64,000 nt of DNA from Eledone cirrhosa (lineage: Eukaryota), in the NCBI GenBank assembly GCA_964016885.1, contig OZ024741.1:116622001-116686000 (forward strand). Direction: 5' to 3'. Of this stretch, positions 1 through 11,400 are shown piece by piece (the stretch's first letter is position 1; every line of letters starts with the position of its first letter). Under the pieces are notes generated by a model. That model saw only the letters and a list, made by a program, of their open reading frames with translations. It ran no database searches and was not told where the DNA came from. Position numbers and translations under genes: made by a program.

Positions 1-294
1 GTGGTTAGAGCATTGGCCTTGCAATCGAAAGGTTGTGAGTTCAATTCTCAGACTGGGCGATGTGTTGTTTCCTTGAGCAAGACACTTTATTTCACATGGC
101 TCCAGTTTACGCAGCTGTAGAAATGAGTGTTCGTGGAGGTGCCACGGCAAAAAAGCACCCTGCACTCACTGTAAATGAGGTTGGTGTTAGGAAGGGCATC
201 CAGCTGTAGAAATCAAGCCAGAATCAGTTCCCGTCCCACCCTTGCAAGCAGGGAAAAGCGGGCGTAAAATGAAATGATGATGAAATGATGATGA
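1..294 (+). mobile_element. tRNA-derived SINE (CORE-like central domain) with RTE-type tail; 5' end cut by window edge
   Basis: A-box GTGGTTAGAG and B-box GAGTTCAATTC, CTTGAGCAAGACACTTTA core, 3' end CCCACCCTTGCAAGCAGGGAAAAGCGG+(GAT)n identical in type to RTE 3' ends at 22650-22695 and 31170-31235; near-identical copy at 28392-28725. Confidence 0.85.
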
Positions 295-492
295 CTCTAT
301 ATTTGCTATAAAGAAATTATATTTTCTCGGTAAACACTTTACCTCACATAATTATCTCACATAATATTGAATCTATGAGATTTTGATATTATTTATTTTG
401 AGAACAATACCTTAACATCAGTATGAGTGGTCAGTTATAGCAGGTTTGGACAGAACGAGGTGAGAGAATTCTGACTGGATATAAGAGTTAAG
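295..492 (-). mobile_element. piggyBac-like MITE remnant
   Basis: Reverse-complement homolog of the TTAA-flanked element at 50965-51185. Confidence 0.55.
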
Positions 493-525
493 CCCTGAGA
501 TGTTCATTCTGTCATTACCACATCA

Positions 526-619
526 GAGGTCTGATGAGCTGTTGATGATTCCAGAGTCAGGCTAGATCAATACAGATTGAACCTTGATCTCATCGATTGC
601 GAAACGCGCATCACTACTC
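526..619 (+). ncRNA. Hammerhead ribozyme motif (type I, long stem II, degenerate stem III)
   Basis: CTGATGA 531-537, stem II GCTGTTGATGA/TCATCGATTGC, GAAAC 601-605, GCGC loop, ATC triplet (16.2 mismatch), then AATAAA. Confidence 0.6.
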
Positions 620-651
620 AATAAACATAATGAAGACATAACAAATCATCC

Positions 652-682
<31 letters not shown>

Positions 683-683
<1 letters not shown>

Positions 684-792
684 TTTTTTTTTTTTTTTTA
701 CACGCAGAAATGCCCATTTGTACCGCCCTGTATTGTCCTGTACTGTCCTTAATGTCTACTTTATGTAAACCCTTGTGGTTAATAAAGAAATC
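683..792 (+). mobile_element. 5'-truncated 3' end of the Tx1 element, in a (TTA)n array
   Basis: Nearly identical to about 6745-6844; (TTA)n on both sides. Confidence 0.9.
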
Positions 793-1032
793 ATTATTAT
801 TATTATTATTATTATTATTGAATGCCATGGTTGACGGAGGCTCGGCTCTGTAAGGTATAGTAATTTTTAACCGTTAAAACAATTGTAAATTGTTTAAAAC
901 TTGAACCAAATTGTTGATAAAGACACCCTCCTCCTCGTGAGAGGGGTCTTTCTGTCCGTTATTTGGCCCTTCGGGGTTAAATAACCAGTTATTGGGGTTT
1001 TGTACCCAAAATTTCATTTTAAACAAAAAAAC

Positions 1033-3126
1033 ATGGCTACCAAAAAGAAATTTCATACGTCACTCCCACTCATTCCGTCTTCTTCTTCCTCAATCATCAC
1101 TACAGCAGAGAGAAGATTGTCTCTCTCCCTCCCTTCTTTAAATGTGTCTCTCTCCCTCCCTTCTCTTTCGCAAGCGACGAAAGAAAAGAAAAGTCTCGTG
1201 CAAAGCGTGCAAGGTTTCTCCACGACGACGACGACAGCGACGAAACAGGTGTGCGGGAAATACGAAAACCCAGTTCATTCGTCTGACGTCAGGAATAATA
1301 GCAGTAGCAGCCGTAATAACAACAGCAACAGTGACAATGAAAACAACAGTAGCAGCCGCAACAGCATCACCAGCAGCATAAACAACAACAGCATTAGCAG
1401 CAGCAACACCAACAACAACCACAGCAACAGCGGCGGAGGCAGTAGTCGTAGTACCTGCAGCAACAAAAGTACCAGCAGCTCTGACGACAACAACAACAGC
1501 AGAGAAAAACCAATCTCATTTGCAGGTATTGCGAAAAACTTGGAAACAATCCTCATAACAAATGAGGAATTAGAGGAAGCGAAGAAGATGGTGACAAAGA
1601 ACGGACACCGAGCAATCTGCAAGGCAGCGAAAAATTTTTTCGAAACCCAAGAGCACTGTACGGTCACGTACCGTACAGTAAGTACAAAATCCCGTAGGGT
1701 GGAAAGAGCCACAGAGGCCCAAATACAAAAAGCCTTGGGGTCTGTGTGGCAGAGGAAAACGCACATCACCCGAGGCAAAAAATACGCCACCGTAGACGTA
1801 CTTTTTGCCACACCCCAGGAGGCAAAGGCCCAATCAGTAGTGACCCTAAGGAGCGAGGAAATGGTGTTGGTGCCCTCCTACTGCGGGCAAAAAATTGTGA
1901 GGGTCAAACTGACCCACGTCCCCCCCGGAATGACCCCTTCTTGGCTGGCCGCGTCTGTCCTCGTCGGAATCGAGGACAAAACAACTGTACTGCAAGTACA
2001 GAAAAAAGTAAGAGAAGATTGGGTCGGCTCCTCCATTGAGATGCTAATCCAAACCAACCAGGAGTGCATCGAAGCTATCCCGGATGTGATAGACTTCGAT
2101 AACGGCACTCAACTGCCCATAAGTGTTGAGGGCAAACGCCCGAAATGCTTTCGCTGTGGATCGAAGACTCACCTCAGGGCCTTCTGCAACGAGAAGACCC
2201 TGAGAAAGGAGAAAACCCCCCTCCTTCCGAATCCGGCTCCACGGCTACCAGCAACAGGACAAGCGGCAACCAGGAACGATAGGTCCGTGGCACGCATACC
2301 CACTCCACGGAAATCAAAGACAGCAGCAGCAGTGGAAATATTAACAACAACAACAGCAATACCAAATGCAGCTGCAACAGAGACTCCAGTGCAAACATCA
2401 CCAACAACAACAAGTGAAAGAGTGGAGCTGGTACCCCTCCCCGACCTTACAGAATCAGACATGGAGTGTGAGGTGGGAGAGGGATGGCAAAAGGTCGCAA
2501 GAAGGCACAAACGCAGAAGCAGCGCATCGTCGCCTTTGAAAAGGGAGGAAAGAAATGAGAAAAGGGCAAAGTCTACTGCAAAGAGACCCACAGCAGCAAC
2601 ACCACCAACACCATCACCACCCACACCAGCACCACCATCACCACCGGCGACAACCCCACCGCCAACAACACCTTCAACACCACCACCACAAGCACCAACA
2701 TCGCAAACACAACAACAAAACACACACACCCAGCAACAACGACAAGAAAATAGCAGAACCACACCCCACCCCCAGAAAAACAAATGCACGGCAATAAACA
2801 CACACAACAAGAAACTAATGACTTACATAATTGAACACACAGACATTTCACAACAGGACTACATAATACCAGCACCAATCAAAACGCCAACTAACATAAG
2901 ACTGCTAAAAATAGCACAGAAACAATACACAAACATTAAAACGAAATTCCCCAACGCAGTTGGTGATTTCAGGGACCTAGGAGGAACCATCAATCGAAGA
3001 GTATATTCAGACATTCTCTTAGAAGAGCCGACGACCAGCCGAAGGGACGATTCAACGGTCCCTTCACCAGACGATCAAGTGAAAAGGGATGTAAAAACCA
3101 TCCCTCCTCTACCAAAAGTACGGTAA
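1033..3126 (+). CDS. Tx1 ORF1, gag-like nucleic-acid-binding protein with CCHC zinc knuckle
   Basis: First ATG at 1033; CFRCGSKTHLRAFC knuckle; low-complexity S/N and P/T tracts; directly upstream of ORF2. Confidence 0.85.
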   Translation: MATKKKFHTSLPLIPSSSSSIITTAERRLSLSLPSLNVSLSLPSLSQATKEKKSLVQSVQGFSTTTTTATKQVCGKYENPVHSSDVRNNSSSSRNNNSNSDNENNSSSRNSITSSINNNSISSSNTNNNHSNSGGGSSRSTCSNKSTSSSDDNNNSREKPISFAGIAKNLETILITNEELEEAKKMVTKNGHRAICKAAKNFFETQEHCTVTYRTVSTKSRRVERATEAQIQKALGSVWQRKTHITRGKKYATVDVLFATPQEAKAQSVVTLRSEEMVLVPSYCGQKIVRVKLTHVPPGMTPSWLAASVLVGIEDKTTVLQVQKKVREDWVGSSIEMLIQTNQECIEAIPDVIDFDNGTQLPISVEGKRPKCFRCGSKTHLRAFCNEKTLRKEKTPLLPNPAPRLPATGQAATRNDRSVARIPTPRKSKTAAAVEILTTTTAIPNAAATETPVQTSPTTTSERVELVPLPDLTESDMECEVGEGWQKVARRHKRRSSASSPLKREERNEKRAKSTAKRPTAATPPTPSPPTPAPPSPPATTPPPTTPSTPPPQAPTSQTQQQNTHTQQQRQENSRTTPHPQKNKCTAINTHNKKLMTYIIEHTDISQQDYIIPAPIKTPTNIRLLKIAQKQYTNIKTKFPNAVGDFRDLGGTINRRVYSDILLEEPTTSRRDDSTVPSPDDQVKRDVKTIPPLPKVR

Positions 3127-3161
3127 GTGGTCTTTCCCATCTTTTCCACTCTATTTTAAAC

Positions 3162-6100
3162 ATGACCTCACTCAGAATAGGCAGCATAAATGCGCGTGGC
3201 TTGGGGTCGTCATGGAAGCAGGGTCACCTGCTCAACGACCTCAGGTCACTAAACATAGATGTAGTGGCCATCAGCGAGACCAGAATCTCCGAAGCACGGG
3301 CCTTCGCACCGATCTTCGGCGGCTACGATGTGTACGCATCTCCCAGCCGTCCTGGATCGGGTGGAGGAGTTGCTGTGCTTTTTCGGAGAGGTTTGGATCT
3401 CGCCATACGGGCCATCTTCCTGGACCCAGAGGGTAAGCTGGTGGTGCTGGACGTGACCAGCGGAGACGGGCAAGCTTTCAGGCTAGTGGCCGTCTATGCC
3501 CCGACAGGAGCAGGGCGGCCTGATTTCTTCCGGCGTCTGGAGACCTTTCTTGGAACGTCCCGCTCTTTAGTGTTAGTGGGCGACTGGAACGGGATCTTAG
3601 ATGCACGCTGGGACTGTGTGGGATTAGCGGATAGGGGTGGAGGGTGCAAGAGCCTCACCAACCTGCTCAGGCGTTTTGAACTGTCTGACAGGTACCGATT
3701 GGATTTCCCGAATGTGCCAATGTGGACTTGGACAAACCGCATAGGGTCATCCAGATCATATCTAGATAGAGTATTTTGTAGGGAAATAGATAGGTCTAGC
3801 ATAGGCTGTCCACAATTCAAGATAGTCAGCTACACGGACCACAAATTCGTGACCTGTGTGCTTGACTTAGATAGGTTTCACAGACGAGGACCCGGCTACT
3901 GGAAGCTAAACGCGTCCTTACCAGCGCGCAAGGCCTACAGAGACCGGATTAGCGAACTAGTTAAGCGGGCGTTGACGGGGGCCATCGTCAACAACAAGTG
4001 GTGGTTTGCTCTGAAAAGAGCGATTAGAATAGAATCGATTAGGTTTAGTAAGGCTTTAGCAATAGAGAAAAATAGAGCAGAGGGAGAACTAGTTAGAAAA
4101 TTAGACGAGGCGCTTAGCAAAGGCATTGCGACCGACGTGCTTGCGGCGAAATTGGCCCTTGACCAATTCTTCAATGCAAAGGACGAAGGCTGCGTTGTCA
4201 GAGCTAGGGTGCGTGCTCTCAGACACGAGGGGACGAAAGCCGTTCAATGGGCCCGAGTGGCGGAGGCGCGTCGTGGCAACAAAGCCACGATCCGGTCTTT
4301 GGTGGACCACGACGGGCGCATGCTACTCGATCCCGGGCAAATGTGTGAAGCTTTTCAGCGACACTTCGCTCAGCTGTTCGGGGGCAGCGGGGGGCCGGGT
4401 AGAGGGATGGACTTTAGTGTCTACCTCGACGGACTGCCGCGGCTCTCGGCCACTGAGGCGAAGTGTTGCGAAAAGCCGATAACAGCCGCTGAAGTACGGG
4501 AGGCAATGACTGGCTGCACAAGGGGTAAATCGCCTGGTTTGGATGGTCTGCCCTATGAACTTTACGTACAGATGCCAGACTTGTTCGGAGGCCTCTTGGC
4601 GGACGTCTACTGCAACTGGCAACAGAACGGGAGAATTCCCAGTTCTGTGAGCCGAGGAGCGGTGGCACTGCTGAGAAAGGATCCGAACAAGGGGGATAAC
4701 ATAGACAAATTCCGGCCCATAACTCTGCTAAACACAGAGTTTAAGATTTTGGCCAAGGTGCTAGCAAAGAGGTTGGCGCTTGTCGTTGGTGGTCTGGTGG
4801 GAGAGGCACAGACATGCGCCATTCCCGACAGATCCATCCACGACAACCTCCACCTCATGCGATACATCGTAGAGAGGGTAGCTAGGGAACCTGGCACGGG
4901 TGGGTCCTTGATCAATTTAGATCAGTCGAAAGCTTTCGATAGGGTCGACCATCGTTACCTAGCGGCAGTCCTGAGGGCGGCTGGCTTTGGGCCCGTCTTC
5001 AGAGGCTGGATCGCTGCCATGCACAGCGACATCTGCTCTGTGGTGAGAGTGAACGGTCACCTGTCGGAACCGTTCAACATCATGCGCTCGGTCCGCCAAG
5101 GATGTCCCCTCTCGTCCCTCTTGTACGTATTGACTCTCGAGCCATTACTGCACAAACTGGAGACGTTGAGGGGAGTCCCGCGCGAACTAGGATGCGGAAG
5201 ATCCGTGTCAGCATATGCGGACGATGTCACCGTAGTGGTGTCGAACGCCAAACACATCGAGGCGATCGGCACTACACTAAGAGAATACGAAGCGGTGACA
5301 GGAGCAATGATCAACCAGGAAAAGTCAGTGGGCCTGCAGCTCGGCACCTGGAGAGGCAGGTCCATGCCGTCCAACAGCGTCGTCGGGCACTGGACGGACG
5401 GACCGGTTAAATTGCTAGGGGTCTGGTTCGGTCCGGACCTCCAGACGGACAAAAACTGGGACGAGGTGACGAGCAGGGTGGCTTCTCTCACCCAGAAATG
5501 GGCGGAGAGGAAGCTATCCCTGAAAGGTCGAGCGGAGGTGGCTAACGCGTACATCGCGTCTGTCATCTGCTACCGCCTAACCGTCGTACCTTGTCCTAAG
5601 CCTCGCCTGACTGCGCTGGAGCGTTTGCTCTTTCGCTTTTTGTGGAAGGGACGTGCTCCGATGGTCAGGCGGTCCATCTGTTGTCAACACCCGCTACGTG
5701 GAGGGCTGGGCATGCCGTGGCTGATGATGCGCAGGCACGCGCTCAGGCTACGACATCTCCACCTCTTCCTCGACGGTGATCAGGTGTGGTCGCCGTTTGC
5801 TAGACGCGTTTTTCCCCAGCTCGTTTCCTTGACGGAGCTGCAGTCCTGGGTCAAGCGAAGACCGAGAGGGAGCGCCTGGAGACTGGAATGTCTTCAGGCG
5901 CTCACAGCCCTCGACCAATCGGGCAATGTGATCGGTGGAAACTCCACCTCGGCGTTCTATAGAGGATTAGTGGAGGGGAAGAGCGACGACGTACTTGGGG
6001 AAACTCTAGGCGTCGACGAAAATCAACTAGCCAATCTCTTCGGAAGAACTTTCGGGCCAGGGCCTATGGACAACTTCCAGAAATCTCTGGCCTGGCAGTG

Positions 6101-6581
6101 CTACCGAGGAGCCTTGCCAGTTCGGGATAAACTCTACAGGCATGGAGGTGCCGTCAGCCGGGCATGTCCGAGATGCGCGCAGGGCGACGAAACCGTCCTG
6201 CACGCGCTCGTCCAGTGTCCGAAAATTGCTGACTTGTGGGTTTATGTCGAACACCTGCTGTCGCGTTTAGGACGGATCCAGCTATCATCTGAGTCTATCG
6301 TGAGGATTGCCCCGCCCTCCTCCTTTAGCCGGGAAGGGCAGGCAGTTTTTATCTGTCTGGTGGCCATGGCGAAAGAGATAGTATGGTGGACACGTTTGAA
6401 AGGGCTGAAGACGAGCACTTACCTCTTCGGTGATGCTCTGATTGACTTTTTCAAATTTCATTTGAAAAGGAAAATCAGAGTAGAGAAGGAAGTGCTCTCT
6501 TCCCAGCATTTTGTTGAAAGATGGGTGAGAGAAGCAAGAATGGCCCGAGTGAATGGGCCGACTCTGAGTATATATCTGTAA
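3162..6581 (+). CDS. Tx1 ORF2: APE endonuclease + reverse transcriptase + C-terminal zinc finger (1139 aa, intact)
   Basis: SINARGL, ISET, VYAP, GDWN, YLDR, TDH (APE); GYWKLN; KSPGLDG, FRPITLLN, KAFDRVDH, QGCPLS, AYADD (RT); CPRC..ETVLHALVQC. Confidence 0.95.
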   Translation: MTSLRIGSINARGLGSSWKQGHLLNDLRSLNIDVVAISETRISEARAFAPIFGGYDVYASPSRPGSGGGVAVLFRRGLDLAIRAIFLDPEGKLVVLDVTSGDGQAFRLVAVYAPTGAGRPDFFRRLETFLGTSRSLVLVGDWNGILDARWDCVGLADRGGGCKSLTNLLRRFELSDRYRLDFPNVPMWTWTNRIGSSRSYLDRVFCREIDRSSIGCPQFKIVSYTDHKFVTCVLDLDRFHRRGPGYWKLNASLPARKAYRDRISELVKRALTGAIVNNKWWFALKRAIRIESIRFSKALAIEKNRAEGELVRKLDEALSKGIATDVLAAKLALDQFFNAKDEGCVVRARVRALRHEGTKAVQWARVAEARRGNKATIRSLVDHDGRMLLDPGQMCEAFQRHFAQLFGGSGGPGRGMDFSVYLDGLPRLSATEAKCCEKPITAAEVREAMTGCTRGKSPGLDGLPYELYVQMPDLFGGLLADVYCNWQQNGRIPSSVSRGAVALLRKDPNKGDNIDKFRPITLLNTEFKILAKVLAKRLALVVGGLVGEAQTCAIPDRSIHDNLHLMRYIVERVAREPGTGGSLINLDQSKAFDRVDHRYLAAVLRAAGFGPVFRGWIAAMHSDICSVVRVNGHLSEPFNIMRSVRQGCPLSSLLYVLTLEPLLHKLETLRGVPRELGCGRSVSAYADDVTVVVSNAKHIEAIGTTLREYEAVTGAMINQEKSVGLQLGTWRGRSMPSNSVVGHWTDGPVKLLGVWFGPDLQTDKNWDEVTSRVASLTQKWAERKLSLKGRAEVANAYIASVICYRLTVVPCPKPRLTALERLLFRFLWKGRAPMVRRSICCQHPLRGGLGMPWLMMRRHALRLRHLHLFLDGDQVWSPFARRVFPQLVSLTELQSWVKRRPRGSAWRLECLQALTALDQSGNVIGGNSTSAFYRGLVEGKSDDVLGETLGVDENQLANLFGRTFGPGPMDNFQKSLAWQCYRGALPVRDKLYRHGGAVSRACPRCAQGDETVLHALVQCPKIADLWVYVEHLLSRLGRIQLSSESIVRIAPPSSFSREGQAVFICLVAMAKEIVWWTRLKGLKTSTYLFGDALIDFFKFHLKRKIRVEKEVLSSQHFVERWVREARMARVNGPTLSIYL

Positions 6582-6877
6582 ACTAAAGGTGGAAAACTGG
6601 GAGAGGGCACTTGCCTTGGTGGTCAGGGTCATTGTGGCTTTTTACTGGGCTTTCCCCACAAATGTCCCTCCGAAGTCTCCCCCCTATTGGGGAATTTTTC
6701 ATTGTTATTTTCATTGTTATTTTTGTTACATCCTCTGTTTTTGTTTTTTTTACACACAGAAATGCCCATTTGTACCGTCCTGCATTGTCCTGCACTGTCC
6801 TTAATGTCTACTTTATGTAAACCCTTGTGGTTAATAAAGAAATCATTATTATTATTATTATTATTATTATTAATATT

Positions 6878-7368
6878 GGAGTCTCAGTCATTGATCTTAT
6901 TTAACTGGAAAGTTTGTTGAAATGAATATCAAGCCACTACCTGCAGCCTCAGATATTCAGGACGTATCGGAGGGTTCTTGCTGTTCCCAGCAAGCATGCC
7001 TTTTGAAGTGTTCCAAAAAACGTGGCTGGACTAATGTTCTTTAACCATCCTTGGAAACTCTTTGAGATAGTACCTAGTGCGCCTATGACAATCGAGACCA
7101 CTTTGACTTCATGGCAGTTCCAAATCCTTTTTACCTCCCACTTTAAGTCCTGGTATCGGTTAATTTTCTCCCTCTCCTTTTCTTACACTCTCGTGTCAAA
7201 TGGGCAGGCTACATCTACAACCAGGCACGATATATTTTCCTTGTCAAAAACCACCAGGTCAGGCCTATTGTGTTCCAGTTTCTTGTCTGTCTGCATCCTG
7301 AAATCCTATAGCACCTTCACTTGATTATTTTATATCACCGACTCTGGCTTATGCTCATACCACTTCTC

Positions 7369-7370
<2 letters not shown>
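6878..7370 (-). mobile_element. 5'-truncated 3' fragment of a Dong/R4 (RLE) element, same family as 12424-15880
   Basis: Reverse complement aligns to about 15385-15880 (EKWYEHKP...RPDLVV...LRYVLNI*, 3'UTR). Confidence 0.9.
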
Positions 7371-7411
<41 letters not shown>

Positions 7412-8404
7412 GAAGAAGAAGAAGAAGAAGAATAATAAGAATATAAGGGAAGAAGACGCACGAGGTGGTAGAGGTCATGAAATCGCTCCCGTAAGTTTTT
7501 GATTTTTAACATATTTAAATCAATTGTGAAATAACAATTCTTAGTACAAATGTTGCATAAACCACCGAATGAGGTCCCATAAAGTTTCGGATCCATATTA
7601 TATTGTTGTATCGCTCAAATATTCAATTTTGTGTTATATATTTTGTATTAAAAAAAAGAAAATGGTTATAAATGGAAGAAAACACCCTCTGTCTACACTA
7701 TATAGAACAGCCAAATAACAGCAATTTCACCAACACCAGAAACTTGATACACCACCTATCCCATTACACTAAATATAACAGCCAGATAACGGCAATTTCA
7801 CCATCAATCCCAGCATCATAATAATAATTACTATTATTATTGTCTCAAATTTTAACAAAATGTTTAATCCCAATTTTACGGGAATATGTCAACACAATAT
7901 ATAATAAAAATATATATTAAACATACGAACACAAACTCATAGATACTACATATCAGTAACCACAACGCCACCGCTGCCACCACCCCACCCCATCCATCAC
8001 TGCTACCACTATCCCATCGCCGCCGCCACCACTCCTTCATTGCTACCACCACTATTTCCCTGTTAACTTGAGAGAGAAAGGGGAAGGTGGCGGTATCACT
8101 AGACAAGGGAGAGGCTAGCAAAAGATATAAATAGATTGACTTAGTGACCTGGCCACCGGCCAAACGTCAACATCAACAACTATGGGACTGCTGGCTCACC
8201 CCTTCCTCACCAACAATATAAAAAGCCCCGGCACCACCACCGACATAGCCAACAACAATAACAGCCAACTACAACAAAAAGTATATTATATTATTGTAAT
8301 GCACTGGGTGATTGCTGGCCTTGTGCCTGGAGTGGAGACAGTTATTAATAATTTCATTCTTAAGCCACGCAATGTCACATTAAGGAACCACTCATGATAA
8401 TAAC

Positions 8405-11400
8405 AATTTTAAAAAAACAACAAAAAGAAAACCCCGTGACCAAGAAATACCGGGATGGCGGCCGGCGGGGAATAGCCGTGTCTCTAGGGGAGAACGACCC
8501 CTCTAGTCTTGGTTGACACTCGTTCTAGAAGTGGTAACACGAAATGATTACCCCTTGGCAGATAAGGATAAAACGCGACAAAATAAAGTAAATGTCTAAT
8601 GATAAAATCTCATACCGGATCGGCCGTCACCCGGGTAAAAAAGGGCCGCGTCCCTCAGAGAGGAACCAGACTGGGATCGAAAAATCAGCTAATGGTTCAA
8701 ACCTTCCCATCACTTCGGAGCTGGAGACCTCCCATAACCGGAATACTCCTACTGTTGGCCCTCCATGCTCACCACCAAGAAATCCAAAGAAAAAGAGAGA
8801 AAAATGGTCAAGGGAAGATAATAAAGAAGTCCTTGAGGCTTTCTACACTGCCATGTACTACCCATCAAATACATCGAATACAGAACAGACATATATCAAC
8901 TGGAAAAAGAAACATCCCGAAAACAGAGGCTATATTGACAGTAACAAACTAGCCAATATACGAAGAAATATTGTAAGAAAAAAGTTACTAACTGATATAG
9001 AAATTGATCAGATCAAGCTATTAGCACAAAGTCAGCGAAGGGAAAATGAAACATGTGTCAGTGAAAACGAGGTAAACTGTAACACTTCGAATCCCAGGGT
9101 TGGGGCGGAATCACTGGCAACAGAACAAATTAAAGAAAGTATCGAAAAAGTGGAGGGAGTGCATGCTCAAGATGAAACTCCAAATGAAAATAATGAGATC
9201 GTAAATGATAAAGAAATGAATGAGAATGAACTTGCCAACTTGAAGGATGAAATTATGATCGAATGGATGAAAATGAAAGAATCTGACATGGGGCAACGAG
9301 ACACCCTCCCTAAGATCCAGAACTCCAAACACAACCAAAAGATAATACACAAGACTAACATAATTCTCAAAAACATTATCATCACAAACAAACTAAACAT
9401 TACTGATTTAAATCATCTCTATTATGCATCGGCTAAAGTCACCACTCACTTATGTGGAGTGAAGATGAAAATACAAAGGAATTCCCACAAGAAATCTACT
9501 TGGCAAGAGAACATCAATCGCCAAATAAACCTTCTCCGATCTGACATAGAAATTTTAACAAACTATAAAGTAGATGAACATGTTAAACAAACTAAACTTA
9601 GAAAATTGAAAAAAAAGTACAGTATAAAATCAACATGGGACATAGACATGCTGATAGAAATAATCAAGCAAAAAGTGTCGGCCAAAGCTGCTCGTATAAG
9701 GCGCTTTGAAAAACGATCTAGATTCTATAAGGACAATAATATGTTCAAAAACAACCAAAGAAACTTCTACAGAAAAATTGGTAAGTCAACAATAACTGCT
9801 AAATCAATACCACCCAAGGAGGAAGTGCAAGAATTCTGGGAAAAGATCTGGGCCGAAGAAAAAGTTCATAACATACATGCCCCATGGATAGACAGACAAA
9901 TGAAAGATACAGCTCACCTTGAGGAACAAATATGGGAAAATATAGCAGTTGAACAGTTGCGCTTGGCTCTAAGAAAAACCAGCAAATGGAAATCCCCAGG
10001 AAAAGACAAAATACAAAACTTTTGGATAAATGCCTTCACAGAGTCTCATGAGCTGTTAGCCCAACTTTACAATGAAATAGTTAAGGAGCCAGAAAAGATA
10101 CCATCATGGCTAGTTAACGGCATTACATTCCTGCTTCCGAAGAATGATGAGACAAACAATCCCCAAAATTACAGACCGATAACTTGCTTGACCACAATGT
10201 ATAAAATTTTAACATCAGTCCTAACTGAATACACATATGACCACCTGATAACAAATGACCTATTTCCCATTGAGCAGAAAGGGTGTAAACGAGGCTCATA
10301 TGGCTGTAAGGATCAGCTTCTGGTTAACAAAATGATACTGGAAGATTGTCATAATAGACACAAAAATCTATCGATTGCTTGGATAGATTATAAAAAAGCA
10401 TTTGATAGTTTGCCACACAGTTGGATTGAAAAATGTTTAGAGATTTTCAAAATATCCCCCGTTGTCAGGAGGTTTTTATCATTCAGTATGAAGAGATGGA
10501 AAACGACACTACTTTTGAATAGTGAAACAAAATCACTGGAAGCTGGAGAAGTTAATATTAACTGTGGAATTTTTCAGGGTGACTCTTTATCACCGCTTTT
10601 ATTCTGCATCGCACTTATACCATTAAGTAAAATGCTCAATGAAACAAAACATGGATATAAAGTCTATGACAAAACCATTAATCACCTGTTCTACATGGAT
10701 GACCTGAAACTATTTGCAAAACATGATGAACAATTGCAAGGGCTATTATCCACTGTGGAGCAGTTCAGTGATGACATTAAAATGGAGTTTGGACTAGATA
10801 AATGCGCCAAAGCAACGTTCACCAGAGGAAAGCTGCTGAGGAGTTCAGACATTAATCTTGATCGGCGGAACGTGATAAGAGAACTTGATCAAGAAAAAAC
10901 TTACAAATATCTAGGTGTTTGTGAAGGAGACGGAATCAAGCACTCGACAATGAGGGAAAGGATAAGGAAGGAATGTTACCGCAGAGTAAGAGCAATCTTA
11001 AGAACGGAATTGAATGCAAGGAATAGGATCGATGCCATAAACACGCTTGCCATACCAGTAGTAACCTACAGTTACAATGTCATCAACTGGTCAAGCACAG
11101 AGATCCGTAGGCTCGATACAAAAATTCGAAAATTCTTAACCATGCACAGAATGCATCACCCTAAGGCAGATATAGATAGAATATATCTCCCTAGGAAAGA
11201 AGGAGGACGTGGGTTAATCCAGTTAGACTTTGCGTTGAAAACTGCAACAATTGGATTATCTACATATCTAAGGGAATCACATGATTGGATGATCAAACTC
11301 GTTTTGAAACACGAAAGCATCAAAAGATCATATTCCATTACAAAAGATGCACAAAGATACAGTAATGGACTACAAATTTCAGAAGTCCCATTTACTGCTG

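Larger units (their letters stand above)
820..6844 (+). mobile_element. Full-length Tx1/L1-clade non-LTR retrotransposon inserted in (TTA)n
   Basis: 5'UTR, ORF1, 35-nt spacer, ORF2 and 3'UTR ending AATAAAGAAATC(ATT)n; (ATT)n arrays at 793-819 and 6845-6871. Confidence 0.92.

Noticed and set aside
921-960. HDV-like ribozyme suggested by CTCCTCGT
   Set aside because: P1 and P2 cannot be nested and the GG of P1.1 is absent; a simple hairpin fits better
1138-6254. Antisense and overlapping ORFs within the LINEs
   Set aside because: Shadow ORFs of GC-rich or low-complexity coding sequence with no recognisable motifs
683-6871. Direct repeat at both ends of the Tx1 element resembling LTRs
   Set aside because: The upstream copy is a separate 5'-truncated 3' end with its own (TTA)n tail; no TG..CA, PBS or integrase
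8530-8580. Twister ribozyme suggested by TAACAC..GGATAAAA
   Set aside because: Required P1/T1/T2 pairings not found
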